DNA of 64,000 nt, from assembly GCA_030431255.1 (NCBI GenBank), contig JAUIJL010000005.1:29313-93312 (forward strand). Direction: 5' to 3'. The position numbers and the translations under genes were made by a program. The notes under the pieces are model-generated. The model was not told the origin of the DNA. It searched no databases and was given only the letters and a program-made list of their open reading frames with translations. Position 1 is the stretch's first letter. Each line of letters starts with the position of its first letter. This stretch comes from Thermoanaerobaculia bacterium (GTDB lineage: Bacteria; Acidobacteriota; Thermoanaerobaculia; Multivoradales; J023). Shown here one piece after another: positions 45,144-57,733 of the stretch.

Positions 45144-46580
45144 ATGACCGACCTCTACACCCGTGTTTTCGAGCACACCCTGTGGCCGATGTCGAATATC
45201 GTCAACGGCACCACCATCCATCAAAAGCTCGATTGGTTGCTCGGCCAGGAGCACGTGCCCCGCGACGAAATTCGCCGTCGGCAGGAGTCCTCGGCGGCCA
45301 AGGTCGTGGAGATGACCCGCAAGCGCAGCGATTTCTATCGCGAGCTATGGCAGCGCAAAGACGGCCCGAGGTCCGACTTCCCCATGCTCGACGGCCTGCC
45401 GGTGGTGACCAAGAACCACTTCGCCGAAGCGCAGGGGGCCTTCCCACTGCCCAGCCGGGGGCGCCTTATTTCCTGCGTGACCTCCGGCTCCACCGGTCGG
45501 CCCATGACGTTCCATCGCTCCGTCGAGCAGGAAAGCTGGTTCTGGGCCCTGCGTTTTCGCATTTGGCGGTGGGCCGGCTACCGCCCCGGGGATAAATACC
45601 TGACTATTAACCTCAATCCCCGAAAGGGTTGGAAGAAGAAGCTCCAAGATCGCCTCTTCCGCTGCTCCTATCTGACCTTCAACGCCGACAATCAGGACAG
45701 CGCGCGCATCGTCGACGAGCTCCAAAGACGTGGCATCGAGCACATCAACGGCTTCTCTTCGTCGCTCTTCGTGCTCGGCCAATATATGCTCAAAAACGGG
45801 CTCAAGGCCCCTTCGGTGCGGGGCATCACCGCCACTGGCGACAGCCTCTATCCCGCCTATCGGGAAACCATCGAAAAAGCCTTCGGTCGACCGGTGCTCG
45901 ACTATTACGGCGCCGGCGGCGAGGGAGTCCACCTCGCCAGCCAAACCTACGAGTCCTTGGCCGACGGCGGACGTTTTCTCTTGCACCCGGAGAACGCCTT
46001 AGTGGAGCTGCTCGACAGAGACGGACCCGTCGCTCCCGGCAAGTTGGGGCGGATCGTCGTCACCCAATTCCACAACGAGGCCATGCCGCTGATCCGCTAC
46101 GAGCTCGGGGACGTCGCCGAGGCCGCCGACCCGAACTGGACCTGCCCGAGCGGTCGCACCCTGCCGATGATGGGCAAGGTCGAAGGCCGTGTGCCCGACT
46201 TGATCGTGGTGCCAGACGGCACTTACCTGGTGCCCCATTTCTTTGTGGTGTTGATGAAGGGCCTGCAGTCGATCTACCGCTACCAAGTGATCCAACGACA
46301 GGAAGGCCGCATGGAGATCCTGCTCCAACCGGAGGGGGATTGCTCCCGCTCCCAAGTGGAGGAGACCATTCGCCGGGAAGTGGGAAAGGCGACCGACGAT
46401 CAAATCCAGGTGTCGTTCAGGTGGGTGGACGACATCCCCCTGACCTCGGGGGGCAAGCGTCGCTTGGTGATCTCGGATTTGGCCCGCAAGCTGATCAAAA
46501 AGGACGACGAGAAGGACGCTTACCTGGGCCAGGGTGCTGCCGGCGGCGCTTCGCAAACCCCCGAGGACGACGGCGCGTGA
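45144..46580 (+). CDS. CapK/PaaK/F390-synthetase-like adenylate-forming enzyme
   Basis: AMP-binding core SGSTGRP, PaaK-like fold, C-terminal GGKRR lysine loop. Confidence 0.8.
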   Translation: MTDLYTRVFEHTLWPMSNIVNGTTIHQKLDWLLGQEHVPRDEIRRRQESSAAKVVEMTRKRSDFYRELWQRKDGPRSDFPMLDGLPVVTKNHFAEAQGAFPLPSRGRLISCVTSGSTGRPMTFHRSVEQESWFWALRFRIWRWAGYRPGDKYLTINLNPRKGWKKKLQDRLFRCSYLTFNADNQDSARIVDELQRRGIEHINGFSSSLFVLGQYMLKNGLKAPSVRGITATGDSLYPAYRETIEKAFGRPVLDYYGAGGEGVHLASQTYESLADGGRFLLHPENALVELLDRDGPVAPGKLGRIVVTQFHNEAMPLIRYELGDVAEAADPNWTCPSGRTLPMMGKVEGRVPDLIVVPDGTYLVPHFFVVLMKGLQSIYRYQVIQRQEGRMEILLQPEGDCSRSQVEETIRREVGKATDDQIQVSFRWVDDIPLTSGGKRRLVISDLARKLIKKDDEKDAYLGQGAAGGASQTPEDDGA

Positions 46581-47803
46581 AGCTGAGATTGCTTTTCGTC
46601 ATCACCACCTCCGATTTCGGCGGCAGTGAGAGCTTTCTCTATCGTTTGGTCAGCCGCATGGACCCGGAGCGATTCGACATCGAAGTGTGCTCCCTGTGCC
46701 CTGTGGGCCGCACCGCCGAGCAGATCCGCGAGCTCGGCATCGTCGTCACCTCCCTGAACATGCACCGCCGGGCCAAACCCGCGCAAATGCTCACCGCCAC
46801 GTTCCGGCTGGCCCGGCTCTTCCGCAAAAGCTTCGGCGGACGGGGGGCGCATGGTGTTCAGAGCTTGTTGTACCGGGCCAATGTGCTGGCGGCCGCCGCC
46901 CGTCGGTTGACCCGCTTGGCCCCTGGATCGGCTCCGTTCTTGGTGACCGGTCAGCGCAGCTTGATCCCCACGGGTCGCAGTCTCGACTTTCGAGCCCAAC
47001 AGCTGACCCGCGATTGGGCCGACCGGGTGGTCGCCGTCTCCAAGGCGGTAAAGCAAGAGCTGCATCAAACCGAATCCATCGCCGACGAAAAAGTCGTGGT
47101 GATTCAAAACGGCATCGACCTCGAGCACTTCAGCCCGCCGGCGCCGGGGGAGCGATCCGCCGCCCGTGCCGCCTGGGGCCCAGCTTCCGAGTACCCAGCT
47201 TCCGACGACTCTGCTTCCGACAACCCTGCCTCCGGGAATCCCGCCTCCGAAGACGCCTTCGTCATCGGCGCCGTGGGTCGCTTTCATGGTCCCAAAGGCC
47301 TCGACGTCTTGATCCGCGCCTTCGCCAAAGCCCGTCAGACCCGCGAGCATATGTGGTTGGTCCTGGCCGGAGACGGCCCCGACGATGCCGCATTGCGGGC
47401 TTTGGTCGATTCCCTGGGACTGCAAGACGCCGTGCGATTCTTGGGTTTTCAAAAAGACCCCCGCCCCCTCTACCCCGGCTTCGATCTCTACGTGCTGCCG
47501 TCCTTGAAGGAAGGCTCCCCCAACGCCCTGCTCGAGGCCATGGGCCGGGGCTGCGCCTGCGTGGCGTCCAACGTCGGCGGCGTGCCGGAAGCGATTATCG
47601 ACGGCGAATCCGGCTGCTTGGTTCCCCCTTCAGATCCGGACGCCCTCGCCCGGGTGTTGCTCGAGCTGGCCGACGATCCGGATCGCCGGCGACGTCTCGC
47701 CGACGCCGCCCGAGAGCGGGTGGAGAGCCACTTCGATCTCGAGCAAATGATCCGCGCCCATGAGGAGCTGTACTTGAGCCTGGGTGCGGACAGCGGGGCC
47801 TAG
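46577..47803 (+). CDS. Glycosyltransferase family 4 with an internal low-complexity insertion (PAS[DE] x5)
   Basis: KLRLLFVITTSDFGGSE N-terminal motif; EGSPNALLEAMGRGCACVAS C-terminal motif. GTG start overlapping the upstream stop. Insertion ASEYPASDDSASDNPASGNPASEDA at about 47175-47250. Confidence 0.8.
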   Translation: MKLRLLFVITTSDFGGSESFLYRLVSRMDPERFDIEVCSLCPVGRTAEQIRELGIVVTSLNMHRRAKPAQMLTATFRLARLFRKSFGGRGAHGVQSLLYRANVLAAAARRLTRLAPGSAPFLVTGQRSLIPTGRSLDFRAQQLTRDWADRVVAVSKAVKQELHQTESIADEKVVVIQNGIDLEHFSPPAPGERSAARAAWGPASEYPASDDSASDNPASGNPASEDAFVIGAVGRFHGPKGLDVLIRAFAKARQTREHMWLVLAGDGPDDAALRALVDSLGLQDAVRFLGFQKDPRPLYPGFDLYVLPSLKEGSPNALLEAMGRGCACVASNVGGVPEAIIDGESGCLVPPSDPDALARVLLELADDPDRRRRLADAARERVESHFDLEQMIRAHEELYLSLGADSGA

Positions 47804-47914
47804 GCTCCCCTCACCGCGCCACTTCTCACCCAAGAATCACTTCTCTCCCAAAAATCGAGGAGATAAGATCGGGCGTCCCATGGATTTGACTCGCCTCATC
47901 GAAGGGATTTCCCC

Positions 47915-50068
47915 GTGACCGCTTCCCGCCAGACGGCTATTTTGGGCGCTTGCTTCGGCCTCTTCTTGGTGTTACTACCCTTAGGCCTCGAAAAACCCGG
48001 GCTGCCGATCCAAATTCGCGCCGATGAGCCGACCTATTTGGCCATGGCCGCGAGCATCGCTTTCGACGGCGACCTGCGGTGCGAGGCCCAGGACGTCGAC
48101 CGGGTTTTCGGTCAATTCCCCTACAGCCGTCCCCCGACTTTTCATCTTCAGAGCACGGACGGATGGTCGTCCCCACCGTTCTTCGACCGAGAGCCCATCT
48201 ACGCCTGGGTCGCCGCCATACCCGTCCGTTTCTTCGGGGCCAACGGCATGGTGGCCCTCAATGCTCTTTGCTTCCTCGGCCTTTTGGCGCTCACCGGCCA
48301 CCGCCGACGAAAAGACGGCAGCTCATGGGGGCCCGGGCACCTTTTCGCATTTGTCTTCTTGGGGCTCAGCGCCGCCTTCGTCCAAGTCTTCTGGTTGGGC
48401 TCGGCCCTATTCCACGCTTTGCTGGTGGTCGCCGCCCTAAGGCTGTCGGAGGCCGCGAAAGAGCCTCACGCCTCGACACCCGTATCCCAGAGCTTGGGCT
48501 CGGGCGCCCTGCTCGGCGGCGCGGTTTTTTCCCTACCCTGGCTGGCCTTGCTCGCTCCGGCCTGTTGGGTCCGACGCCGGGCGGCGCCCTGGGTGATCGG
48601 AGCCGCCCTGGGTTGGATCTTGGCATTCGGAGCCGGCTGGATACTCGGTGCGCCGGGTCCATTCACAGAAACGGAAACCCGCAGCTTTACGGTCGCTTCT
48701 CCCTATGAGGCTCCTTGGCTCGACGAAGATCTCGGACCCGTGGAGCCCCGATCGGTGCTCGGCGAACGACGAGCCCAGCTAGCGGCAGAAACGGTCACAG
48801 ACTTGATTTACTCCCTGATCGAGCAGCGATCGGGATTCCTGGCCTATTTCCCGGCCGGGCTGGTGCTCTTGATCCTGCTGATCGTGTACCGCCGCCGAGG
48901 TCTGGCGGGTTTCGGCTCGGATCGCGTTTGGCTGGCCGCCGGCATCGGAGCGACAATCCTGATCCAGCCCTGGGTCCGCTCTTCTGAAGTCGGCGGCGAA
49001 GTCTTCGGCAATCCGGCCCTGGTGGTGATCGCGCCGGCGCTGCTCTTCCTTTTCCGCCGCCCCCCAACCCAAGCGGCGACCCTCGCGGCCGTAGCCCTCG
49101 GGGTCTTGGTCCTGGGCCCGGCCTTGGTCTCATGCCTGGGTCCGGCGGTCGCCTACGCCGGTTTGCAAAGCCACACCCGAGCGGCGGTGTTGTCCCGCTT
49201 GCCCCTGGATCTCAGCTTTGTCGCCACCGAAGGGGACTATCGATCCTTGCCGGCCGGCGGTCCCGAGGAGCTCGGTCTTCAGCTGTGGGCTCCCTCCAAC
49301 CTCACCGAGCTGCGGGGGGACGAGGTCTGGTCGCTGGGCAACGCCAAGGTGCATCTCTTCTTGACCGCCGACCAACCCTTGGACGACGTCATTTTCCAAG
49401 TGCGTAATTTGGCGTCCTTCAACCGGGTCCGTGTTCGATTCGCCGGCGAGCGGCAAACGCTCCACTTCCAGGAGGTTCCGGACACCGGAAGCGCGACCCG
49501 TTTGAGCTTTGAGCGAGCCGGGCAGCAACGCCTTCAGGGAGAGCGAGAGATCTGGGTTTATCCGCTCACTGTCGACACCAGCAAGGGCAAGAAACCCTTC
49601 TGGAACGGCAACTCCAGCCAGAATTTCTACCTCGGCGCCGCCATCGCCTATTTGGGCTCGGAATCGTTCCTCGATCTGCCGGTTTACGGAGCGAGCTTCA
49701 GCGCCTGCGAAGCCCCTTCGCCCGTGGAAGCCGACTCGGAATTTCTCGCGCTGGCCAAGGTCACCAACACCAGCGAGATCCCGTGGACCGTGGGGGGCGC
49801 CGTGGAGGTGCGTCTCGGATATCGCTGGCTGCGGTCGGACGGCAGCATCGTCTTTGAAGGGGATCGCACGGATTTGAACGCCACCGTGCCCCCCGGGCAG
49901 GAAATCACCACTTGGATGACCGCCAAGAGCCCGCCTCAGCCGGGCACCTACACCTTTGAGCTCGACCCGATCTTCGAAAACGTGGCCTGGTTCTCCAGCC
50001 GAGGGGTGGCCACCTGCAGACGGTCCGTCGACGTCAAAGCCCCTGCCCGCGAGCCGTCGGCTCCCTGA
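47915..50068 (+). CDS. Large integral membrane protein, GT-C-fold glycosyltransferase/polymerase candidate, with a roughly 300-aa C-terminal extracytoplasmic beta-rich domain
   Basis: More than 10 TM helices. DEPTY (DE-x-x-Y) motif in the first loop. The C-terminal 300 aa are hydrophilic. Confidence 0.55.
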   Translation: MTASRQTAILGACFGLFLVLLPLGLEKPGLPIQIRADEPTYLAMAASIAFDGDLRCEAQDVDRVFGQFPYSRPPTFHLQSTDGWSSPPFFDREPIYAWVAAIPVRFFGANGMVALNALCFLGLLALTGHRRRKDGSSWGPGHLFAFVFLGLSAAFVQVFWLGSALFHALLVVAALRLSEAAKEPHASTPVSQSLGSGALLGGAVFSLPWLALLAPACWVRRRAAPWVIGAALGWILAFGAGWILGAPGPFTETETRSFTVASPYEAPWLDEDLGPVEPRSVLGERRAQLAAETVTDLIYSLIEQRSGFLAYFPAGLVLLILLIVYRRRGLAGFGSDRVWLAAGIGATILIQPWVRSSEVGGEVFGNPALVVIAPALLFLFRRPPTQAATLAAVALGVLVLGPALVSCLGPAVAYAGLQSHTRAAVLSRLPLDLSFVATEGDYRSLPAGGPEELGLQLWAPSNLTELRGDEVWSLGNAKVHLFLTADQPLDDVIFQVRNLASFNRVRVRFAGERQTLHFQEVPDTGSATRLSFERAGQQRLQGEREIWVYPLTVDTSKGKKPFWNGNSSQNFYLGAAIAYLGSESFLDLPVYGASFSACEAPSPVEADSEFLALAKVTNTSEIPWTVGGAVEVRLGYRWLRSDGSIVFEGDRTDLNATVPPGQEITTWMTAKSPPQPGTYTFELDPIFENVAWFSSRGVATCRRSVDVKAPAREPSAP

Positions 50069-50175
50069 CTGAAGATCTGAGCGATCGCTCTGGATCGAGC
50101 TGAACACCGCCCCGGAAGCACACTCTGCCTGTGTAATAATCCGCCATCTCGCTGAAAGGGGCGGGTCCATTTCAT

Positions 50176-52274
50176 ATGCCCACGGAAAAACCACATCTCG
50201 ACACTCAGCCGGCAAAGGCGGCCGAAAATCCGCCGTGGGTGGTGTTGGTGGGCTTGCCTCAGGCGACGGTGGAAGACCTGCGAGCCACAGCCGACGCATC
50301 CGAGGCACCTCCATTCCGAATCCAATCGTTCACGGCCCATCAGGCGGAGGCCCTTCCCAGCTCGGACCTTCCCAGCTCGGACCCTCCTGGTAGCGGACCG
50401 AGGGTGCTGGTGCTCGGGCCCGAGCTATCGGCCGAAGAGGGCCGAGAGCTGATCCAACGGACCTCGGACCTGGATCCGTGGCGGCGAGCGCACAATATTG
50501 TGCTCGGGGCGGGCGCCGGTATCCGTCACTTTCACGATCTGGTGGTCGAGGATCGAGCCTATTTCCTGGCCCGGGATTTTCCGAGCTCGGTGGAGACCCT
50601 GGCCTTGATCCGCTCCGCGCTCAGCCACGGATCGCTCTACGGCGACCCGGAGAAGCCCCGCACCTTGGAGCGGCTCCTGGACCATCGATCCAAGAACAAA
50701 CGCGTTCAAGCCGACTCTCCGGCTGAAATCGTGCTCAATGAGGTCGTCGGCCAAAAGAATCTTGCCGGTCTGCTCGGTCGCACCACCCGCATGTTGGAGC
50801 GTCTGGTCAGCGCCGATCGGACCGATTGCTTCCTTTACGAGCCCGCGTCGGACACCCTGCGCTCGTTCCAAGCTCCCAGCCACGAGCAGGACAGCTTGGC
50901 CGCAGGCACCATCGCCTTTGCGATGCGCACCGGCTCGATCCAGATCCTAGAACGGACCTCGGATTCTCCTTTCTTCGACCCAGATTTGGATGGGTTTCGA
51001 GCCGATGGTCACGGGCAGGCAGACGGAAAAGCCCGCCTCCTGGTGGTCCCGCTGACGGTCCGTGGCCCACGCTCCATCGGCATCGAAACGACCGCCCCCC
51101 GAGGGTACCCGGCCTTTGCTGTCTGGGTGGCCTGGAGATCCGCTCACCGAGAGCCCTTCGATCCGGACGACGCGCGCAACGTCCAACGCACCACAGGCCC
51201 CCTCATCCCTTTGATCGCGGACCTCCTGTTGCAGGAGGAGCAGCAGAATCTGCTGCGACAATCCCAAGCCGGTGCCGACGCCCCCGGTGGTCGTGGATCC
51301 TCCAGCCAACGCATCTCGTTCCGAGCGGAGGCCCTTCAGCACTATTACGAAGGAGCCCCGGACCACGGCGAGATCTTGCGCATCAGCCCGGAGTGGACCC
51401 GCTACGCCTATCCTCTGCTGCTGCTGCTCTTCGTCAGCGCCATCCTCTTCAGCATCTTCGCCAAAGTGCACGAATACGCCGAGGGCGTGGGCATCGTGCG
51501 CCTCCAGGGACGTGTCGACGTCAACGCTCAGGTGGGCGGTACGGTCAGCCGAGTCCTGGCGCAGCCCGGCCAGGCGGTCGAGAAGGGTCGGCTTCTGGTC
51601 AAGCTTTACGACGTGCAAGAAGAGGCCGAGCTGGAACGCGTTCAGCGGGAATTCGAGCTCGGGCTGTTGGATCGGCTGCGCCGGCCGGCGGATCCGGTCA
51701 CTGCCCGTACTCTCGGTGCCCTTCGGGCGCAGCGCCAGCTGGCCCTATCGCGGCTGGAAGAACGTTCCGTTCGCGCTCCGGTGGCGGGCATCGCCAGTGA
51801 TATTCGGGTGCAGCCCGGGCAGCTGCTCGCTCCCGGTGAGGTGATTTTGTCGCTGCATCGACAGGACGAGAGCCAACGGCTCCTGGGCATTCTTCCCGGC
51901 CGCTACCGACCCCAGATCCAAGTGGGAATGCCCTTGCGATTCGAGCCCGAAGGCTTCCGCTACGCCTACCAGCACTTGGTCGTGGACGCGGTCAGTGACG
52001 AGGTCTTCGGACCGGCCGAGGCTCGGCGCATCCTCGGCCCCGGCATCGGTGACGCGGTGCCGATCTCGGGCCCGGTGGTGTTGATCGAGGCTCGTCTGCC
52101 CATGGGTTATTTCGAAAGTGAGGGCACCGTCTACTCGTACCACGACGGCAGCCTCGGCCGATTTGAGCTCAAGGTGCGGTCGGAGCGCATTCTGCTCACC
52201 CTGGTCCCCGGCTTGAAGGCCCTATTCGCTGAACGGGAAGCTCCAGCAAAGACGCCACCAGAAAGCGCGTCACC

Positions 52275-52278
<4 letters not shown>
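50176..52278 (+). CDS. HlyD-family type I secretion membrane fusion protein (bacteriocin/NHLM-type) with an unusual roughly 400-aa N-terminal cytoplasmic extension (GAF-like fold suspected)
   Basis: A single TM (YAYPLLLLLFVSAILFSIF) at about aa 410, followed by a HlyD-like biotin-lipoyl/coiled-coil/beta-barrel region (VGIVRLQGRVDVNAQVGGTVSRVLAQPGQAVEKGRLLVKLYDVQEE...). Confidence 0.7.
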
Positions 52279-54571
<2,293 letters not shown>

Positions 54572-54575
<4 letters not shown>

Positions 54576-55660
54576 AGATCTCCGAGCGCCTCAAGGAATC
54601 GACGATCCTGCGTTCCGGCTTGCTGGTCGCCACGGGCGTCGCGGCCGGAGCCGTGTTGATGCTCGGCCTGCGAGCCGGACCGGACTCGGGACCGACCACC
54701 GCCCTGACCACGGACGAGACGTCGAGCGCGAGCGCGTCCCAGGCGGCTCGATCTCCGGCTCCGGCTCCGGCTCAAACCCTAAATGCGAACGCGGAGCCGG
54801 GCTGTTTCGTCGGCGCCTTGGTGCCCCGGGAAGAGGCAGATGTAGCCGCTGAGATCGAAGGTATTCTCGAAGGCTTGAACGTCAGAGTGGGAGATCGCGT
54901 GCAAGTCGGCGATCCGCTGGCGACCCTCGATACGCGCGCTTTGAGCCATCAATTGGCCATCGAGGAGGCGAATCTCAAAAGCGCCGAGGCGGAGCGGAAA
55001 AAGCAATCGATCGAGGTGCAGCGCGCGGCCCAAGAAGAGCAGCGCCGACTTGCCCTCTCGGGTTTGGTGTCCCGCGAGGAAGGTGAGGCGGCGGCCTTTC
55101 GAGCGAGCAGCGCCAAAGCGAGCTTGGAAGCGGCCGAGGCCCGGTCGAATCAGGTCCAAGCGCGAATCGACGAGATCAGCGACATCCTCAGCCGGTCGGT
55201 GCTCCGGGCGCCGTTCACGGGCCTGATCTCCCGGCGGTACCTGGATCCCGGCTCGCGGACGCTTGTCGGCACACCGGTGGTGCGGCTGGTTCGGCTCGAC
55301 GATCTCATGGTGCGATTCGCGGTGCCGTTGGAAGTGGCCGAAGACCTCGAACCCGGCGATTCGATCCGCGCGGAGCTGGTCAACGAGCGCTCGGCCTGGT
55401 CGGGCGTCGTCGAGCAAATCGCTCCGGAAATCGATCCGGCCGCCCTCTTGGTCTTCGTCGAGGCCCGGCTGGAAACCCCGAATCCATCTGCTGAATCGGG
55501 CGCCGACTCCCTGGTCTTCGGCACCGAAGCCCGGGTCAGTCTGACCGACCCCGGGCAAGATCCGCCGAAATGTTTGACCACGGAGCCGAAGTCGGCAGCG
55601 GCCGTAGGGGCGGGGCTTGCCCCCACCCGCTCCAGCGAGTTGAAGCTTCAAGATCGCTGA
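54572..55660 (+). CDS. Second membrane fusion protein (periplasmic adaptor, HlyD/AcrA-like), translationally coupled to the ABC gene
   Basis: N-terminal TM, biotin-lipoyl-like ATLDTRAL...RAPFTGLIS motif pair, coiled-coil. Confidence 0.75.
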
Positions 55661-55712
55661 ATCGCGGCCTGGGCGCCGTCAGAGTTGGAGCTGGATCCGA
55701 TCTCCGATCACT

Positions 55713-57449
55713 CTAATCCGAAGCAGAGCCCCAGGTTTCTTCCGCCGTCCGACACCCTTGACCCACGCAGTCCTGAAGCTCCTGGACCTTGGACCGCATC
55801 ATGGCGAGGAAAACCGTGTAGCTCGGGTGGTTGAGCAGGTCGACGACTTGGTCGGGATCGGTTTTCAGATCGAAGAAGAATTCCTCGCTATAACCGCCCG
55901 GCCAGATCGGGTCCTGATACGAGATGTAGGTGAGATTGCTGATCATGGCCTCGGTCATGGGGTCGGTGCGCACCGCGTGGTAGTCCGGGAAGACCCACCA
56001 CCGCTGAGGCCCGACGGGATTCTGTCCCCTGGGATGCTCCGCTTCGAGCAGCAAGTTCTTGCGCCAGGGCCCCGGGCTCGGCTCCCCCTGAAGATACGGA
56101 CGCAGGGAGCGACCGTCGATGGCGTAAGACGAGGCGGCCCAGGGCAATCCAGCGTAGTCCAAAAGGGTCGGAGCCAGATCGACATTGCCCACCAGAAGAT
56201 CGGTGCGCGCCTGGTAGCGGGGCCCCGGTGGTCGCACTACCAACGGCACCCGAACCGATTCGTCGTAGGCCAATCCCTTATTGCCCAAACGATGCTCACC
56301 GAGGAAATAACCGTTGTCGGACGTGAAGACCAACACGGAGTTGCTCAATCGCCCGGCGGCGGCCAGGGCGTCGACCACCCGACCGACCATCACGTCGATC
56401 GACAGCATGGATTCCAGCCGCTCGGAGTGCAATCGACGGAGCTGCTGTAGGTTGTCGCCGCAGCTCAGGGCCTCCCACTTGTCTTGCACCGCCTGAGGGG
56501 TGGCCGCGAAGCTGTCGAAGGAGGCTTTGCCCAGCCCCGGCAAATCGAAGCCGGGAGCCGGATCGCCACCTTTTTGACGCAGGCAACCCTGAGGGAAACC
56601 GTCGCAACCGTATTCCGCGTAATCCGAAGCCGGATAGCCGTCGATGATGCCGTCGTTGTTGAAATCTCCCCGATCCGGGCTCAAATAACCCGTGAAATTG
56701 GGGTGCGTGTTGCTGTTGCAGCCGTCGTGATTCCAATCGGTGAGCCATTCCACGTGGGGGGCGGTCGGCGCCAAATACAAGAAGAGGGGGTCGGCGGCGG
56801 GAACCGTGTTGATCACCAGCTCCGCCTGCTCGCCGACGGCGCGGGTTTGATAGGTCGTGGGCAGCTCCACGCTGCCGTCGGGCCGCACAAACCGATAGCT
56901 GCCCGGCACCAAGGCATGAGAAGGGATGGCGCGCCAATAGCTCCATCCCGCGGGCGCGGGCGTACCCACGCCGTAACCGTTCTTATATTTGCCCACCAAG
57001 GCGGTGTAATAGCCGGCTGCTTGCAACCAAGTCCCCAGGGTCGGCCGATCGGCGCCGCCCGGGTGAAATGCGGCGTAACCGCCGTTGGTGCCGGTGACGT
57101 TTTGTACCCCATGGTTGTGCGCGTATTGGCCGGTGAGAAACGTCGCACGGGAGGGGCAGCACAACGAGTTCGACACAAAGGCCTGCGCCACATCGGTGCC
57201 GACGTCCAGAAAATGCTCTTGGATCCTCGGCAACTTACCGCCGTCGAGCAATTGGTGGAACGACCCCAGATCGAGATCGTCGACCATGATCACGACAAAA
57301 TTGGGCGGCTGCTTGCCGGCGGTTTCCCATTCGGGGCCGTCGGCGCCGACGGCCGACGCCGCGAGCCAGATGGTTGCGAAACCAACCAAGAGAATAAAGT
57401 GAAAGCCGAGAGGCCGCAGGCGTTGCTGAAGGTGGAAATTGCGAAACAT
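55713..57449 (-). CDS. Sulfatase (formylglycine-dependent arylsulfatase/sulfamidase family)
   Basis: Signal peptide. NFVVIMVDDLD. Sulfatase signature CCPSRATFLTGQYAHNHG (C-x-P-x-R). Confidence 0.9.
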   Translation of the reverse strand: MFRNFHLQQRLRPLGFHFILLVGFATIWLAASAVGADGPEWETAGKQPPNFVVIMVDDLDLGSFHQLLDGGKLPRIQEHFLDVGTDVAQAFVSNSLCCPSRATFLTGQYAHNHGVQNVTGTNGGYAAFHPGGADRPTLGTWLQAAGYYTALVGKYKNGYGVGTPAPAGWSYWRAIPSHALVPGSYRFVRPDGSVELPTTYQTRAVGEQAELVINTVPAADPLFLYLAPTAPHVEWLTDWNHDGCNSNTHPNFTGYLSPDRGDFNNDGIIDGYPASDYAEYGCDGFPQGCLRQKGGDPAPGFDLPGLGKASFDSFAATPQAVQDKWEALSCGDNLQQLRRLHSERLESMLSIDVMVGRVVDALAAAGRLSNSVLVFTSDNGYFLGEHRLGNKGLAYDESVRVPLVVRPPGPRYQARTDLLVGNVDLAPTLLDYAGLPWAASSYAIDGRSLRPYLQGEPSPGPWRKNLLLEAEHPRGQNPVGPQRWWVFPDYHAVRTDPMTEAMISNLTYISYQDPIWPGGYSEEFFFDLKTDPDQVVDLLNHPSYTVFLAMMRSKVQELQDCVGQGCRTAEETWGSASD

Positions 57450-57679
57450 GGTGTCCTCGATGGCATGGGCTGGATGGGCTGAGGCACCGCTCGATGGCAG
57501 CGGTGAGGCCGACGTCCGCCGTCGGCGTCCAACTAGAAGTGCATCTCCCGTGCCGGCGTGCCTCGGCTCCACAAAAACACCATTGATCAGAGGTTTGCGG
57601 ACGGATCGCAGCCGCCTACCCCGCTTCGCTGAATCCGCCGTTGACAACGCTGTCTACGATCGAGACACCTCAAACGCCA

Positions 57680-57710
57680 AAGGCCCGCCGAAGCGGACCT
57701 TTGGACGGAC
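57680..57710 (-). terminator. Imperfect GC-rich hairpin (ccaaaggcccgc-cgaa-gcggacctttgg) downstream of the TonB-receptor gene; possible terminator
   Basis: Inverted repeat with one mismatch, weak T-tract. Confidence 0.35.
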
Positions 57711-57733
57711 AATAGAACGAGACCTAAGCTAAA

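Noticed and set aside
45629-46576. N-terminal 316 codons of the long ORF 45629..47803
   Set aside because: This portion overlaps the CapK-like gene in another frame. The GT4 domain begins at KLRLLFVITTSDFGG, with an in-frame GTG at 46577 overlapping the upstream stop, which was taken as the real start.
56484-57482. 332-aa ORF antisense to the sulfatase gene
   Set aside because: Overlaps a CDS with a canonical C-x-P-x-R sulfatase signature; artefact.
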